64,000 bases of DNA from Paragordius varius (GCA_964247055.1 OZ176052.1:10540001-10604000); one strand, 5' to 3'; shown: positions 1-14,200, counted from the first letter of the stretch. Notes: a model not told the origin generated them from the letters alone. Translations and numbers: made by a program.

Positions 1-639
1 TCTGTAAATCTGTCAACAGCTATGAACACAGTTTTTATAGTTTTTAGCATTAATATTTTATAGAAGATTTATCATATTATTTATGTATTCCGACCCTATC
101 GTTTAAACCTTTTCAATCAATTGATCAAGTAATTATCATATTTTGCAATATTTGATTAATATGTTTTTTTATCAAAATAAGCGATTAATCACTCTTTGTA
201 ATAGGAAATTAACTGTTGATTAGTGCGGTTACAATTTCAAAGGTGTGGGAGAAATTAACCATGCCATAGCTGCTTTATAGTGACATTAGATATAACTTGC
301 CTATTCTAGGCCCTTTTCGCTTAGCACTTTAGATTAATGTTTGTTTTTTATATATTATTATAATTGTCAAAGTTTCTTTTTTTTTATTGAGAATCTTTTA
401 AACGTAAAAATGTAATTATAGGCTGATATTTTATCTTTATTGATGAAAGCAAGACTCTGAAAACATTCCTTTTTTTTCAAATAAAGTGTATATATATATA
501 TATGATCTTTTATTAAACGTTTTTTCCAGAATCCTTATGTTTAATAGTGTTTTTTTATACATATATCTAAATCTTTACTTGTTAAAAAATTATTTAAGCC
601 ATTTTTAATTTGTACCACCCATTATATTTTTTATTACAG

Positions 640-3600
640 TTGCGCTCAAGATCGACTTATTATTTTGTGGGATCTGATTGTTGGCCGACCCCTAAAATTA
701 TTTCAAACGAAAGCTTCACTATGTGCTGGAATATCCCTAATACCCAATCAATTTAGCAATGTATCATCATTAGAGGACAAAATTGATACTAATGATTTTA
801 ATAATGACAAGGATTTGCAACACAAATATTCATTTATCACTATTGATGCCAGTTCTGACCTGGTCTGTTGGTGTTTACAACTGTTTTCATCATCTGATAC
901 CACGAAAAGCATAAATGATGATGATACTGTTGGAGATAACATTGCTATAAAAGGTTAAATTCATTTATAATTTTCGTTTAGCATTTCAATACTTTTTCGC
1001 ATCAATATACATGTGTGTAAATATTGTAAACATATAACTTAATTGGTTAAGTAAATTAATTTAACCTCAAGCCTCTAATCGTTTTTCCATAAGCTTGTTG
1101 ATATTAAGTCGCGTTTGTCGATGTTATCATAATAAAATCTTCCGCATAAAGATTATGGGCGTACCGATTGTCATATCTTTAATTATTTCATTTTTAAAAT
1201 AGCATATTGATGAAGTCCCTTATTTAATGATTGGGAAGCTTTTTGAATCCAATTGACGCTATTTTTACTGTAATACAGGCAGAAAACGCACTATAACATA
1301 TTTATGAAACCCGCTTTTGACATGAGAGAACTAACTTCTAATATAGGTAGCCATATAGGGATTTCTGAAACTATGTTTTATAATCAAACAACAAGAGCCC
1401 AAAATCAAATACCATGCACGCACTAAAATAAAGCTTCCTTCTAAAAATAAACCCCATAAAGGATCCATATTGAACCCCATCTTTTTAATAAATTCCTTTG
1501 CTGACGATTAATATTTATTATTTGTATTATTATTATATTTGAATGATAAATAATGTGTTCATAAATTATCGTTTTTTATTTCAGATCCATACAAGTTATC
1601 CCGCATATATGAAACAAATTTGCTCGATCAGTATATGGCAACCACCTCTTGCGATTTTGATAACCGAAATGTGGACATGAATGATCAAATTGATAATATG
1701 AAAATGGAACAAGACTCAACTAATGTCAATATTAACAGGGAAAAGGTTGCTGATGCATTACAACCAGTATACTCTTGCTACAATCATGCTACACAAAAGT
1801 TTTTCATTGTGAATCATCAAAAAGATATTGCATGTTTCGATGTACGAAACAAACGATGGGCCCAACGGGTATTTAGTTATGATTATTAATACTTTTTTCA
1901 AAATTTTAATGCCTAATAATCTGCAAAATTGGTAAATTTACAGTTTGTGGGCGAAATCGAAGAAATATGTGCGCTAAAACTCTTGAAATATCCAGAATGT
2001 TTGGACGGAACAAATACGTCCTTTGATGGTATTCAAGCTCTAATGGCCATTGCAGATAATACACCACAAGTATTTACAATGCAAAAATTTTACAAATATA
2101 TAAGCAATCAATTGCGGATTTCTTATATATATTGCTTTCTTTCCATAGATTAAAATTTTTGAAATGCCATCTTTTGAATGCAAATTAACGTTGTATGGTC
2201 ACTCAGAAAATGTTTTAGTGTTGGCCACCGTTCCTAATCACTCCGATATACTTGTTTCCGCATCAAAAGTATCAATTAAATTAATATATGATTAAACCTT
2301 GAAAAGTAAACATATTTTAACCATTTGAATACGCGCTCATCATAAGATTGTTTGGTTTCTAATGGAAAATATAATTTTATATATGTTTAAATTTTAAAGG
2401 ATAATAGCATAATTGTGTGGAAGATTGAAGTTTGTCCCAACAATACTGATTCGTTCCAATATCAAATTTTACAAACTTTATATGGCCATACGAATGCCGT
2501 TACTGCTTTATCCTGTTTTAAGTAATTTTTATTTCTAATATAAAAATAATACATATCTTGTGTAATTTATTTGCATAAAGGTTAATTTTTGCTACTATAT
2601 TTGACAATGCCTAAAAAATATATAAAATTAAAAACACTAATAAATGTTTAAAAAATGTCATTATTATTTTAGACGTGTTAATATTACATATATAAGTCGG
2701 TACATAACCGTTTTTAGTTTTGTGGTACATAAATTAATAAGACGACTATTTTTTAATTATTTTTTCAAACAATATCTACCAAAATTAGATCTCCAGGGGA
2801 TTCATTCTTCACTATTGCAAGTTGTTCATCCGATCATACCCTTAAACGATGGGACATTACACTAAATAGTATTCCATCAATAACTTCCAACTCGAACAAA
2901 AAGATTAAAAAGAAGGATAACAAAAATCTTAAAAATGAAAACTTAACTTTAAATAATAATAATAATATAGAAAACGTGGTTTCCCATAAAAAATCCAATT
3001 TTTATGTGTGTTGTTTTACCATCGTTGCGCATGAAAAAGCAATTAATTGCGTAGCCATAGAACCAAGAAAAGCCAAATATATTGCAACGGGTAGCATGGA
3101 TAAAACTATCAAGGTTTAATTTTTATTTTATGCATTATACCACCGTTTAACCATTTAAATATTTGTTAAATTTATTTTACAAAATAATTAATTAATTGTT
3201 ATTGAACACAATTTTTGTTTAAAATACCATATGTATGTATCTCTCTGTTACGACATCCTTTATAAATTTTCCAAAAATTTTACCGAAAATTCCCATTTTG
3301 AGATAAATAATTAATAATTTGCATCAGATTTGGGATTTCCTAAACGGGACCCTAATTTCAACGCTGAATGGACATAAACGCGGTGTTTGGGATTTGACTT
3401 TTTCTCATCAAATACTTGTCAGTGGTTCAGGCGATTTTACTATCAAACTTTGGTCTCTAACTGATTTCAGTTGCCTTAAAACGCTGGAAGGACATTCAGC
3501 CCCTGTGCTAAAGTTAGATTTTCTTAGCAATGCAATGGCAAAGGACAGTGTGTCAAAACAAATTATCTCTTGGTAATATTTATTTAAGTGCTCTATGATA

Positions 3601-5157
3601 AATTTTAGGTGTCTATATAAAACAAAGATTTATACGTCTGTTTTACACTAACTTACAATTATAACATGTTATTGTTTATTGTATTCGAATATATCTAACT
3701 TTATAAAACCGTGAGTTATTTTAATAATGTTTTTTTTCAGTTCTTCCGATGGTATATTCAAACTATGGACGCTTGGAAACGAAGATTGCGTAACGTTAAA
3801 GAATGGTCATGATGGTAAAGTATGGGCCTTTGATTTAGATCCGACGGGCTCCAATGCATATTTTGTTTCAGCTGGAGCGGTAGACGGGAAAATTATTGTG
3901 TGGAAGGTTATTAAAATTTTAAAATAGTAATATTATTGGAAATCAATTAAGAAATATTTTGTTTGTTGCATAAGAGTTTTGCCACAATTTGTAAATTCAT
4001 ATTTTAACTACTTTAGGATGCTACCAGTGAAGAGTTACAGGAAATAAAGTCTAAAAAGGATTCTCAAATTTATGGGTTTGTTATTACCTTTATCGAACAC
4101 TAACTTTAAATTATGGCTTTAATTCAATATGCATATTACATATATATAAATTATTTTTTCGTTAACACAGAAATCAAGAATTATCCAATTTGATTAAACA
4201 GAAAGTTTTCAATGAACGTGTTGTCCAGCTTACAACTGAATTGGAAGATCGTGATTCATTAATTAAATCAATACAAAGTTTTATTTTAAAATATTATACA
4301 AATTTTGTTCAGTTATTTCATATCTAATTAAATTTTATTAAATAGCTGCTTTGGAAACGCATCAATTCAATTTCATTAGTCTACAGACAATTATAAAAAA
4401 TTTGGATTCAGCTCATTTAGGTATCACATTGATTTTATATTTATCTTTGAATTCTATATTTCCACTCTCCTATAACTACCCCAAAAAAATTAATGGCTTA
4501 ATATCCGTAACGACCTTTTTAATAAAAAACTTAGCTTGATTTTAATTTTTTTTCAATAATTTATATAAAAATAGGACGTTTTTATTCTTATTTTTGTCTA
4601 ATTATGTGGTAATATTTACAAAATAGTAAGTTTATCATGAGGTTTATTCAAATTAAAACGATTTTTTTGTCATTGTAAATTATCAGTATGGGCATAGTAG
4701 TTTATACAATATTTTTGTTTAAAAAAGGTTTATCATTGGAGGGGGGAGGTTTTTACTTAACATTAAATTCTATTAATATATCTTTCTTTAGATACTTTGT
4801 TGAGATTTATTGTTCATTGGAATACGAATTCGCGAACATGTCATGTGGCTCAATTATTTTTGAATGCCATACTACGTAGCATTCATCCACAATCTTTGGC
4901 ACGGCTCCCAAACATCACATCAACTATTCAAGCAATATTACCATACTCTGGTAAAAAAATTGCCTAGTTTTTTGAAAACATATATATATATAGGTATATA
5001 TTTAATCAAATAAATTTAATTTTAATTCAAGTTTTTTACTTTATATTGCATTTATTTAGATCGGCATTTTGATCGACTTTCAAAGTTGTACCAAGATTCC
5101 AGTTATCTCGAATATTTAGCGAATTGTGCTTGTATACAACCAGTTTTATTATCATGA
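640..5157 (+). CDS. TBL3: Transducin beta-like protein 3 / U3 snoRNA-associated protein 13 (WD40 repeats + Utp13 C-terminal domain); multi-exon, 5' part not resolved or outside the window
   Basis: GT-AG exons (approx. 640-953, 1585-1868, 1944-2069, 2149-2268, 2400-2521, ~2797-3113, 3328-3572, 3741-3906, ~4018-4074, ~4171-4279, ~4346-4419, ~4791-4950, ~5061-5157) translate to WD40 repeats (CAQDRLIILWDL; GHSENVLVLA..LVSASKDNSIIVWK; AHEKAINCVAIEP..IATGSMDKTIKIWD; GHKRGVWDLTFS..SGSGDFTIKLWSLTDFSCLKTLEGH). They end in LLRFIVHWNTNSRTCHVAQ...ILPYSDRHFDRL, the hallmark Utp13 C-terminus as recalled from TBL3 orthologues. Stop TGA at 5155-5157. Confidence 0.93.
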
Positions 5158-6558
5158 TATTCAATTGTTTTTATGATTGAAATGGCAATGCATATAATAA
5201 ATGTTTCTATTCATATAATCAATTGGTCCATATATTTATTTAAACCAAAACAAAAATTATTTATCAATACAGTGGTAATATAAATTAAAACTTTATGCAA
5301 ACGATAGGAATGCTATGTAAAAATAAATCTTATTTTTCCATCTTTTTTTTCTTTAATAAACAATGTAAAGCGTCTTTTATTGATTATTAGCGTCAACTTT
5401 TTACACTGAACCGAATACGGCATTAAACCAATCAAATGACACTAAAATTATTTATTGGATTTAAAAATGATCCGTACAACATATACTGAAAAATAAGGAA
5501 AGTATTAATAGAATTTTTATTGAACTCTAGTCGATATTGATGAAACATTTGCCATGATAGATATCGACATTAAATTATCTTAAAAAGTGTTTTGAATATA
5601 AGTTTTTATTATTTATGATGGTCTGAAATTTATTTTTAAAAAATATCACCAATCCCAATTATTCGCGTTTAAGTGAAAATTAAATTTTCTGTGTATACTA
5701 TTTTGGGCATAAGGAATCCAATAGGAGAATGGCTTGCTTAAAGTATTTGTTATTATTTTAGCTCTATTTGACCGATAATTTCGCATATATAAAAAAAGTT
5801 AATAAATTAGGGGTGTTAATCAAAACATATAATAACTTAGGGATTGAAATTGGTTGATTAATCTATCATTGAGCACAATTAAAATAATATAATTCACTCT
5901 CGGAAATAAAGCATCTCAGATTTATAAAGATATCTTACTTTATTAATATAATTATATATATTTAATGCATCCTTGAGAATCATAACTTCAAATTATTTAT
6001 TCTAAAGATATTTAAATATTTTTTCCATTTTTTTATCTTTTACAACCTCATCCATATAAAATTTTTGGAAATTTTGATTAGAACCAATTATCTCTCATAT
6101 ATATTTAAATGACTTACTGCCGCTACAGAGAGAAGATTTTCAAGCTTTTATAAGTTATTTATATTTGGCTATGAATTCAATTCGGGTTATCTAAACCATT
6201 ATTGTGTATGTCATTTTGGTAATTATATATTTAAACATTAAAGCATGGCTGTGAAAAAACCAAATTTGTTGTCATTTATATTAATATACCTTTTAGAACA
6301 ACACTAACACGCAATTATATAATGACCGTTAAATGATAGAGGATATTGAAAGCGATGGTGTTGAAGTTTATTGTATTTCTCATTTTAAGTAGATTTTATT
6401 CAATGAAAAACAATCTATTAAATCATATGATAGGTGGAACCTAACACCCATAATATACATATTATCGGCACTTTTAATTAGTTTGATTTGTTTAAATAAT
6501 ATAAATGAAACTAGCATTACTCTGTTGCAAATATGCGAAAATTGTATTTTTAAAGATC

Positions 6559-6723
6559 TGTCCATGTTTTAATTTTGTGAGTCAAGGTCAAAACATAGCA
6601 AATAAATATACCCCCGGTGTAAGGGTCGGAAATATAAATGGTGAAGCAAAAAGCGAATTTTATGAACCACCAGAAGAAGAAGCCCAGGCTTTTATAGAAG
6701 TTTTGGAAGCCTTCATAAAATAA
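6559..6723 (+). CDS. Possible terminal exon of an unrecognised small gene
   Basis: AG-preceded open frame (ICPCFNFVSQGQNIANKYTPGVRVGNINGEAKSEFYEPPEEEAQAFIEVLEAFIK*) with protein-like composition and higher GC than its flanks. No family recognised and upstream exons not resolved. Confidence 0.3.
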   Translation, partial: CPCFNFVSQGQNIANKYTPGVRVGNINGEAKSEFYEPPEEEAQAFIEVLEAFIK

Positions 6724-8439
6724 ACGAAATTCAATTCACGATTATGATAAAATTAATTTAACATAAATTTGCATGTTTATATGATTTAATTAGTATAGAT
6801 ATATTCTTTAATCTGATTAGTTAATTTTTACGCATTAATCACGGTCTTATTTGTGGCATCCACTGTGCTTTATTTTGTAATAATATATGTGATAATTTAC
6901 GCTTTTATATCACAATGCACACAAATGTATGTATATATATTCGGATAATTAAACGTATAATGATTCTCATAATGCTTCTCGTAAGCCAATGTTTTCAAAA
7001 AGTTTTAGTATATATATATATATATATATATACAGTGCGCATGAACAAAATCCTGGTGAAATATGTATCTGATATAAACTGTATCAGCATCACACACTAC
7101 ATTTGGTTTTGGGGCTTACTAATGATATAAGAAAGTTATTGCACGTTTGTGGTAATGCTGGGTATAGAAAACCGTAAATGAATCCTAGAATTAAAAAAAT
7201 ATTTTTAATAAAAGGCTAAATGATTCTGTAAAGATGTAATTTATGGTTTAGATATAGTAGATGAATAATGTTTGGTTATAAGATAAATTATGATTTCGAT
7301 ATATTGTGTAAATAAGAATATGCTGGGAGATTGAGAATGTATGTTTTTATGATTGGGTGTCACTATTGTGTGGGTATTCGTATGAGATTAAAAGAATAAG
7401 TAATGTCTTTTAGTGTACTTATGCTCATCTCATGTCCATGTGTTTTAACAGCTTTATTTAAGATACATTAAATTATATATTAAAATATATTTAAACATAA
7501 TAATATTTAGATTTAATTAAAATTTTAGTTAAGGGCTCTGATATTAAATTTTTGGGGTTAATTTTTAAAATAGACACAAAAAGCCGAAATTTAGTATTTT
7601 AGGTATATTATGACATTAAAAAAAGCATTTAATTTTTGAAATTTCGTTAAGCGAACTGTATCTATGATGCATGAAAGAAACGGTATGAAACAACTTTTAG
7701 TTTCAATGTAATTCGAAGATGGTGAACATTTTATGACCTCAGAACCGTTAAATGTTTATTTTCAAATTTATGTTAAATATTTTTACAAAAATTTATCCTA
7801 AATTGCAATCAAATCTTTAAATTAAAATTTTGCGTCTTTTCATAGGAACATGTTTATTTTGGACGGTGAAAATTTGAGTGGGGATCCGACAACTGAAATT
7901 AAATTTTTAGAAAAATTTTTGTTTTAGTGTTTATATGGTTATGAAGCATTTAGCCAAAAAGTAACAAAAAGTGAGCGCATTTTCTGATGAGCAGCTGTTA
8001 CCACGAAGCGTTTATAACTTTTTTATCCCCCGTAAGGACCAAAACTAAAAATACCATAATCATTCTCATCATTTTTCTATCAGAAATATTATTTGAATAG
8101 GATGTTTTTTTATGAATTTTGTGCAATGGATGTGTGCAAATTTTGCCATTTTTCAATAAGGCGCGATTGCCAAAGGGTGACATTTTTCTGATATCGTAAG
8201 GCTCAAACCAAGAGCATCATGAGAATCTTTTAACATCTATCTGTCATAATATATAGAATGGTTGGCGGGTCGCATTTGCAAAATATACAGGCATTAACGA
8301 ATATTTTGTTAGATTTAAACAAGGTTTCTAAAAACTACTATATATTTTATTGATACTTCAGGCCGAAATTCAGGGAAATTTATTGATAAAGTATTTTACT
8401 TATATTCGCTAAAATTTTGTATCTGAAATTTGTGGGAAG

Positions 8440-8850
8440 CAGAAATATTTGTGCCGCGTGTTGGACATCCCTGATATAGACAATAAATAATATATAGCAT
8501 CTGATTTTTTTCTATGATATTATTCAAATATATTTTTGGATCAATCTAAAATGAGCAAATTAAAATTTTATAATATTCTAGATCAGGGGTGTCAAATACA
8601 AATGACCTTGCGCGCCAAATTTGTGACAAACACAAGGGGCCGCTTTTAAAATATAAATCGGCATCATGAATCTTTTTCGAAATTTAAAACATCAAACTGT
8701 ATATTACAAACACAATATATAATTTTTTAAGTTCATGCCTATTGGATACTAAATTAAATTTGCTAAAGAAATATTATTTCAAAAATTCTGTGCGCATATT
8801 TTTGCAAATGGATTTTCAAAATTTTTGAGGGCCGCTTGTTGGACATTTTG
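8440..8850. mobile_element. hAT (Charlie-like) element ends / MITE fragments
   Basis: Right-end motif TTGGACATCCCTG ending at ~8473. Left-end motif CAGGGGTGTCAAA at 8584, preceded by TTCTAGAT (fits the NTCTAGAN target typical of Charlie hATs). GGGCCGC subterminal motifs and a degenerate right end GGGCCGCTTGTTGGACA at ~8829-8846. No matched TSD pair found. Confidence 0.5.
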
Positions 8851-11169
8851 TCCTAAATGAATGATAATTTTAATTTATAAAATTCATATAACGAAATCCA
8901 ATTTAAAGATTATATGTGATATATATGTATATATTTCAACGCCATTAATAACTCTTTCGAGAACGATTTATGGTGTCAATAAACAAAATAGATATAATTT
9001 CAATTAATTACTATAAATAAATATTTCAGAATTAATAATTTTATAATTCTACTTACTCAAATTATAAAACGTATTTCTTATTTTTTTCAAATTTTTTACG
9101 AGTAAAAAATTTTTAAAAATGGTTTAATTTATACTTAATACATCTTAATACTGAACATTTTAGATTTTTATGGATGAAGTTGCTAAATATTTTCGAATTC
9201 CCCATCTGCATGGTCTGTTAACTTAGTATGAATTGCTAATTTTGTGGATAACCTTTCGACAGAACTTGGGAAAGAGGCGTTATATGTAATTAATATTACT
9301 TAAAATTTATTTTGTAAACATTTAATTCGAGAGAATTTACCCAAAAATACAAAATTCAAAATTATCCGATTGCTCTCGTTTGATAATTTTTGTTTCTACC
9401 TATTTATGCAAGTGTTTTGCATAGTTTCAATATAATAATAAAAATCAAAACAAATTGAAGGTAATAATTAATGTAAAAATTGCTTATTGAAATGTTTCAA
9501 CAAATGCCGATTCAAATAGTATTGAGATTGGTTGGAAAAATTTATTGTTACAGTCATGTAGACTTTATATTGTTAAAGATTTACTTTTTTTCGTTAATTG
9601 GGTATTAATATTTGGTAAAGAACATAAATAACAAGAGCAATTTGGTATTACCATATCATATTCTTTAAAATAAAAAAAGTGTGGAGGAAGGGCGTCAGAA
9701 ATCTTTGGTAAAAAATGAAAATCTTAAATATTGTTTAAAGGGGAATGGTAATATTTTTGTTAATTTTTTGCAAAATTTTATATATTTTTTTTTTTATAAA
9801 ATTTTTATTTAAAACCTAGATTCAAATTGGGGCTAAATATACCCCAGACTAAATTTGAGTTAGGATTTTTAAAAACTAGTGAAAGAAACGGTCCCAATTT
9901 AAATTTATGCTTCTTTCCTAATAAAAATTGTATTATGCCAAAATATCTAAATAAAATTTTGTTTTGAAAAAAGTTCCATGTCAATCAACTTCGACGCCAT
10001 TTTTATTTTACAAAATATTTGCAAAATGTCGTCTTCATTTACTGTAAAGGGTAAAATTAAAGATAATTTTTTATTTAAATCACATCTAACCTTAATAGAA
10101 ATAGAAGAAGCGATTTATTTTGTTATTCTTTTTCAATTGCACACATGTCACGTTGACTAAATTTTTACCTTTAGGTTTTAGCTTAAAAAGGAATGCGTTT
10201 TATCCAAGTGTTAAATATAGATTTTTATGTATCGATAAAGAAAATATTTATTATAATTTTTTAATAGGATATCACATAAATAAAACAAATATATAACGGA
10301 CAAATAATGAATTGTGTGTATATATAAGGGAAAACATAGGAAATGAATATGAATTATATAGCGTTTATAAACAAATATATTCCTAGAGTCATGCTTCGTC
10401 TCATAGCATTTATATAACTTATAGACATGTTCAAATCATTTACAAAATGACAAGCGATAATTCGTGATTCCTGGGATTCCCGAAAATTTTATAGGCCTTA
10501 GGCTTTTTTTCAAATGACCAAAAATTATATTCTAAAATTAACAAAAACGGTACTTTTCCTTTTTTCTCTACCGTTTAATGAAGTTGTCATATTTTCATTC
10601 CCGATCTCATTAACACCTAAATTCTAAATGAAAAAAACCATCGTTGCCAGGCACAATATTTTGTGTGGGTCTTATATTTTCGTCAACATAATCTGAATCT
10701 AACATTATAAAGGAAAAAAATACCCGCAATACCAGGGTTACATCCTAACGTTAAATCAAATTGATTATTTAATATAGCATCTATCGTAAAAATTCCTTCT
10801 ATCGTTCCTATATCAAAACAAAAAAATTATAATTGAGATAAAAATTACCATTTTCCTAACCCTTTTATACAATAATTTTAAGTGAAGGGTTAGTAGTTAG
10901 TGTATTTTCATTTTTTACCAAAGATTTCCGACGCCTTTCCCCTTCATTTTTTACTTTTTTAAAGAATATGATATGGTAATACCATATTGCTCTTGTTTTT
11001 ATATTCTTTACAAAATATTAATACCCAATTAACGAAAAAAAGTAAATCTTTAACAAAAGAAAGTCTACATGACTGTAATTAGGAAAATAAGGAGGTCGTT
11101 TGTGTGTAGATTCCAATGAATTAGTTGGAAGGATATAATGGTTAAAAAAAGATATATATTAATTTATTT

Positions 11170-11826
11170 TTATATTTTTTGCGTCCACTGTATTAATGAT
11201 ATCACATTACACTGCTCAACAAGGTTTTGCACCACCTCATTATTTTTGCATTTTCTGATACCTAATGGCATGGAAAGGCCAAAACAAAAAAGAAAATTGA
11301 GGCCACCAATAGGATTTTCCCGAAATTTAATTTTTAAATTGGTATTTAATTTAAAAATAACAATCATTCCTCGTGTACATATGTTTAAATATTCAAACGA
11401 ACAAGTCGATACAAGTAATATTCCATGCATGAATAACAAAATTCTAGGCATTAAATAAGATACTAAACAAGCTAAGAGCCAAAGTATTAAAAAGGGCTTA
11501 TGTATAGTGTGATAGATCCAGGCGGCTGCACAAGCTCTGCATATCCCCCAAGCGATCCAATTATGCCAGATATGAAGATAACAATAAGTAATCGTAAAGC
11601 CCGATAAGAGAGACTTGCAAGCAAAATCCAGGCAAATTGACATGTCAATTTAACCAATTCACAGAATAAAGTTAGATAAATTTTACAATTAAATTGAATA
11701 AAAAGATTAGGTAAATACAAATGGTCCAATCCCATAATAGTAAATTCTATTAAAAGTGGCTACACAACATCCATCTGAAATTAAAAATACAAAACAACCA
11801 ATAATTTTAAAAATAAAGTATATCCA
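11170..11826 (-). CDS. Divergent rhodopsin-family (class A) GPCR-like fragment, roughly TM4/5-TM7; possibly degenerate
   Basis: The 157-aa ORF has hydrophobic segments in GPCR order: FTITYCYLHIW (TM5 end-like), FLILWLLACLVSYLMPRILL (TM6 CWxP-like), FEYLNICTRGMIVIFKLNTNLKIKF (TM7/helix 8-like, NPxxY degenerate). An upstream frame WIYFIFKIIGCFVFLISDGCCVATFNRIYYYGIGPF can be spliced in phase. TM1-3 not found. Confidence 0.4.
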
Positions 11827-12910
11827 CTAGGTATAAATAAAGGATTTTTTGTAAGAACCAACTCAAGGAAATAAGCCTAATAAATACTCGAAAGAACGAA
11901 AATTAACAAAAAAAATATAGCTTATCTAAAAGCCGAAGGTTTAAACCATAGAATGCCTTTTTTAGTATTTTTTTAAAAATTTTTAATTAAAAATTCACTT
12001 GAAAGAAAAAGACTAAATTTTGACGTTTAAGTCCGTACTATTTTTTTCTCTCTGATATTTAAATGACATATTTATATTCAAAAGATAGAGTTTAAAACGC
12101 TTTTTTAAATGATATTAAGTTTATAATATAATAACATTTTATTATAAAGTTATATTTAATTTTCTCTCGATTTTCCCTTGTTTTTGAAAAATTGAAAAAC
12201 CTATAATATTTCAAAATTCTGATTGGCGAGATCAAAAATTTTTTCACATTCGGTTTTAAAACACTGAAATTAGTCATAATTTAAAAGTTTGAGTGGTGGT
12301 TCTCAAAAATGTCCAAATTTGTCGACTAGTGTTATGGATTCTGAAGGTCACTATTAAGTTTGCGCTTCGTTAACCTTTGCCTTGGTTTTCAACTCCACAA
12401 CGATATCAATCTAATATCTTCAATGATCTGTAGTATCGGAGAATTTTAAAATATGCATTCTATGGCTAAGCGCCTTATTTTAAAAAATTAAAAAATGCCT
12501 CCTAAAACTGCCGCCATCTTTTAAAAATAGATCGCAAAATATTAGAATGTAATTACATATTATAGTAAAATTTTTTATGTCGATTGTGTTCAAATTTTTT
12601 ATTACAATATCAAACTTTTTTCAGATAATCCGAATTAGGCTCGAGATTCAAGTTTGTAAAAACTAAAGGTTTTTTTAAGTATTTTGTTATGTCATATTTT
12701 AGCCATGATAGAGTTAAAAGTTGAGCCATATAGTTTAATCGTAATGACGTGTTAGTCAGAGTAAATGCAATAGTAATATTTATTTAATAAATTTTCTATC
12801 TAAATAAAATAAATCACATATTTTAGATGGATGAATAATTGCATAATCTTCCCATAATTTTTACCCAGTTTAGGATGTATAAAATATTAAATTTTATTAG
12901 AATCTACTAT

Positions 12911-14084
12911 TTAATTGCCATCTTTAGGGTAAAGCCAGATTTCCCAACTCTTTTTTAATAAAATCTTCATATTTTTTAACCAAATAATATGGTTGTTTTT
13001 CGCGTTGACACACCGTATCTTTCCGTATGGCATAAACAAAGTCTGGTTGATTTATCTTTCGGCTACAAATCAAAGGCATCCCCAAATCATTCTATATTTA
13101 TATATTGTAAATTGTGTTCATTAGTTTACTAAATAATAGCTTAGATAACTAAAATTTAAATAACCAAAATATAATCAAGACGAAAATTAATATAATTTGT
13201 AATTTACTTGGCATTCATAATCATAGTCTTCTACATATAAATTTTTAACAGTGATTTCGGAATCATTTACTGTATCAAACTGTCTTGGGCGAACTCTGTG
13301 GTATTCCCGATCAGTGTTTTGGGATATGGTTTTTTTACTTGGGTAAAAAACTAAATTTAAATAAATTGTTATTAACGTATATATGAATACAAACAAGAGA
13401 AAATTAAAAAGTATCAAATCTTACATGATTCTACTTTATTAGTCCAAGCTTGATATACACCAAACCTGTACATATCGCAAGCGGAATAAGGATCAAATTG
13501 AGCAACTAAAGAAAGTGGTGATACATCTTGTTCTTCTTTAAGAACTACTAAGGACAAAGGATTATTTTCGGGCCCGTTAACAATTCGTTCTACTTCAAGG
13601 TTTTGATTTTCTAAAGTATATCCACCTTGTATCGATATATTATCTGGTCTATATAATACAAATAACATTTTAGGTTTCACAATTTTAATATTAAATCTTT
13701 TTATATTAATAGGTAAATATCCCCCTTTAAAGAGATTGGAATACTTAATTTTTAACATTGAGTACAAACTGAAAATTTTAAAGACTTTTAGCGTAATTGA
13801 AATAGATAAAGGATTAAAACAAATAAATAGTACTCAACGTCTTCCACACATTCTTTCAATGTTAGGATGTGTTTTGTAGAAACGTAGCTACCTTGACAGT
13901 TTTTTGATGGCATGACAAGTTTAACCTATTACAAAATTTATAAATTATCCAAAAAATTATTTTTTTCAAACATTATAAATACGGTGTAAAAATATTCTAC
14001 AACATATATTTACATGGTATGGTTTATCCTTATAAGATTTTTCATAACCACTTTCATCTCTTGGAGGATCAGGTAGAACGTAGC
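12911..14084 (-). CDS. Catalytically inactive trypsin-fold (S1) serine protease homologue; first (signal) exon unresolved
   Basis: Six GT-AG exons with consistent phases (14084-14014, 13925-13834, 13768-13425, 13350-13208, 13091-12981, 12949-12911) give KPYHVKL..NCQGSYVSTKHILTLKECV (cf. PWQVSL..CGGSLI..ILTAAHC), NNPLSLVVLK (cf. NDIALLKL) and YECQNDLGMPLICS (cf. ACQGDSGGPLVC). Confidence 0.75.
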
Positions 14085-14159
14085 CTATAAAACATAAAAT
14101 CATAATTATTTTTACATGTTAAAGAATAGCATTAAGAATGGATGTATACAAGTCTAAAT

Positions 14160-14200
14160 CAGGGGTCTATAACACACAACCTAAGCGATCCGCGAAAAAA
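14160..14200 (+). mobile_element. Isolated hAT-like left end
   Basis: CAGGGGTCTATAACAC preceded by GTCTAAAT (Charlie-like target). No partner end found. Confidence 0.3.
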
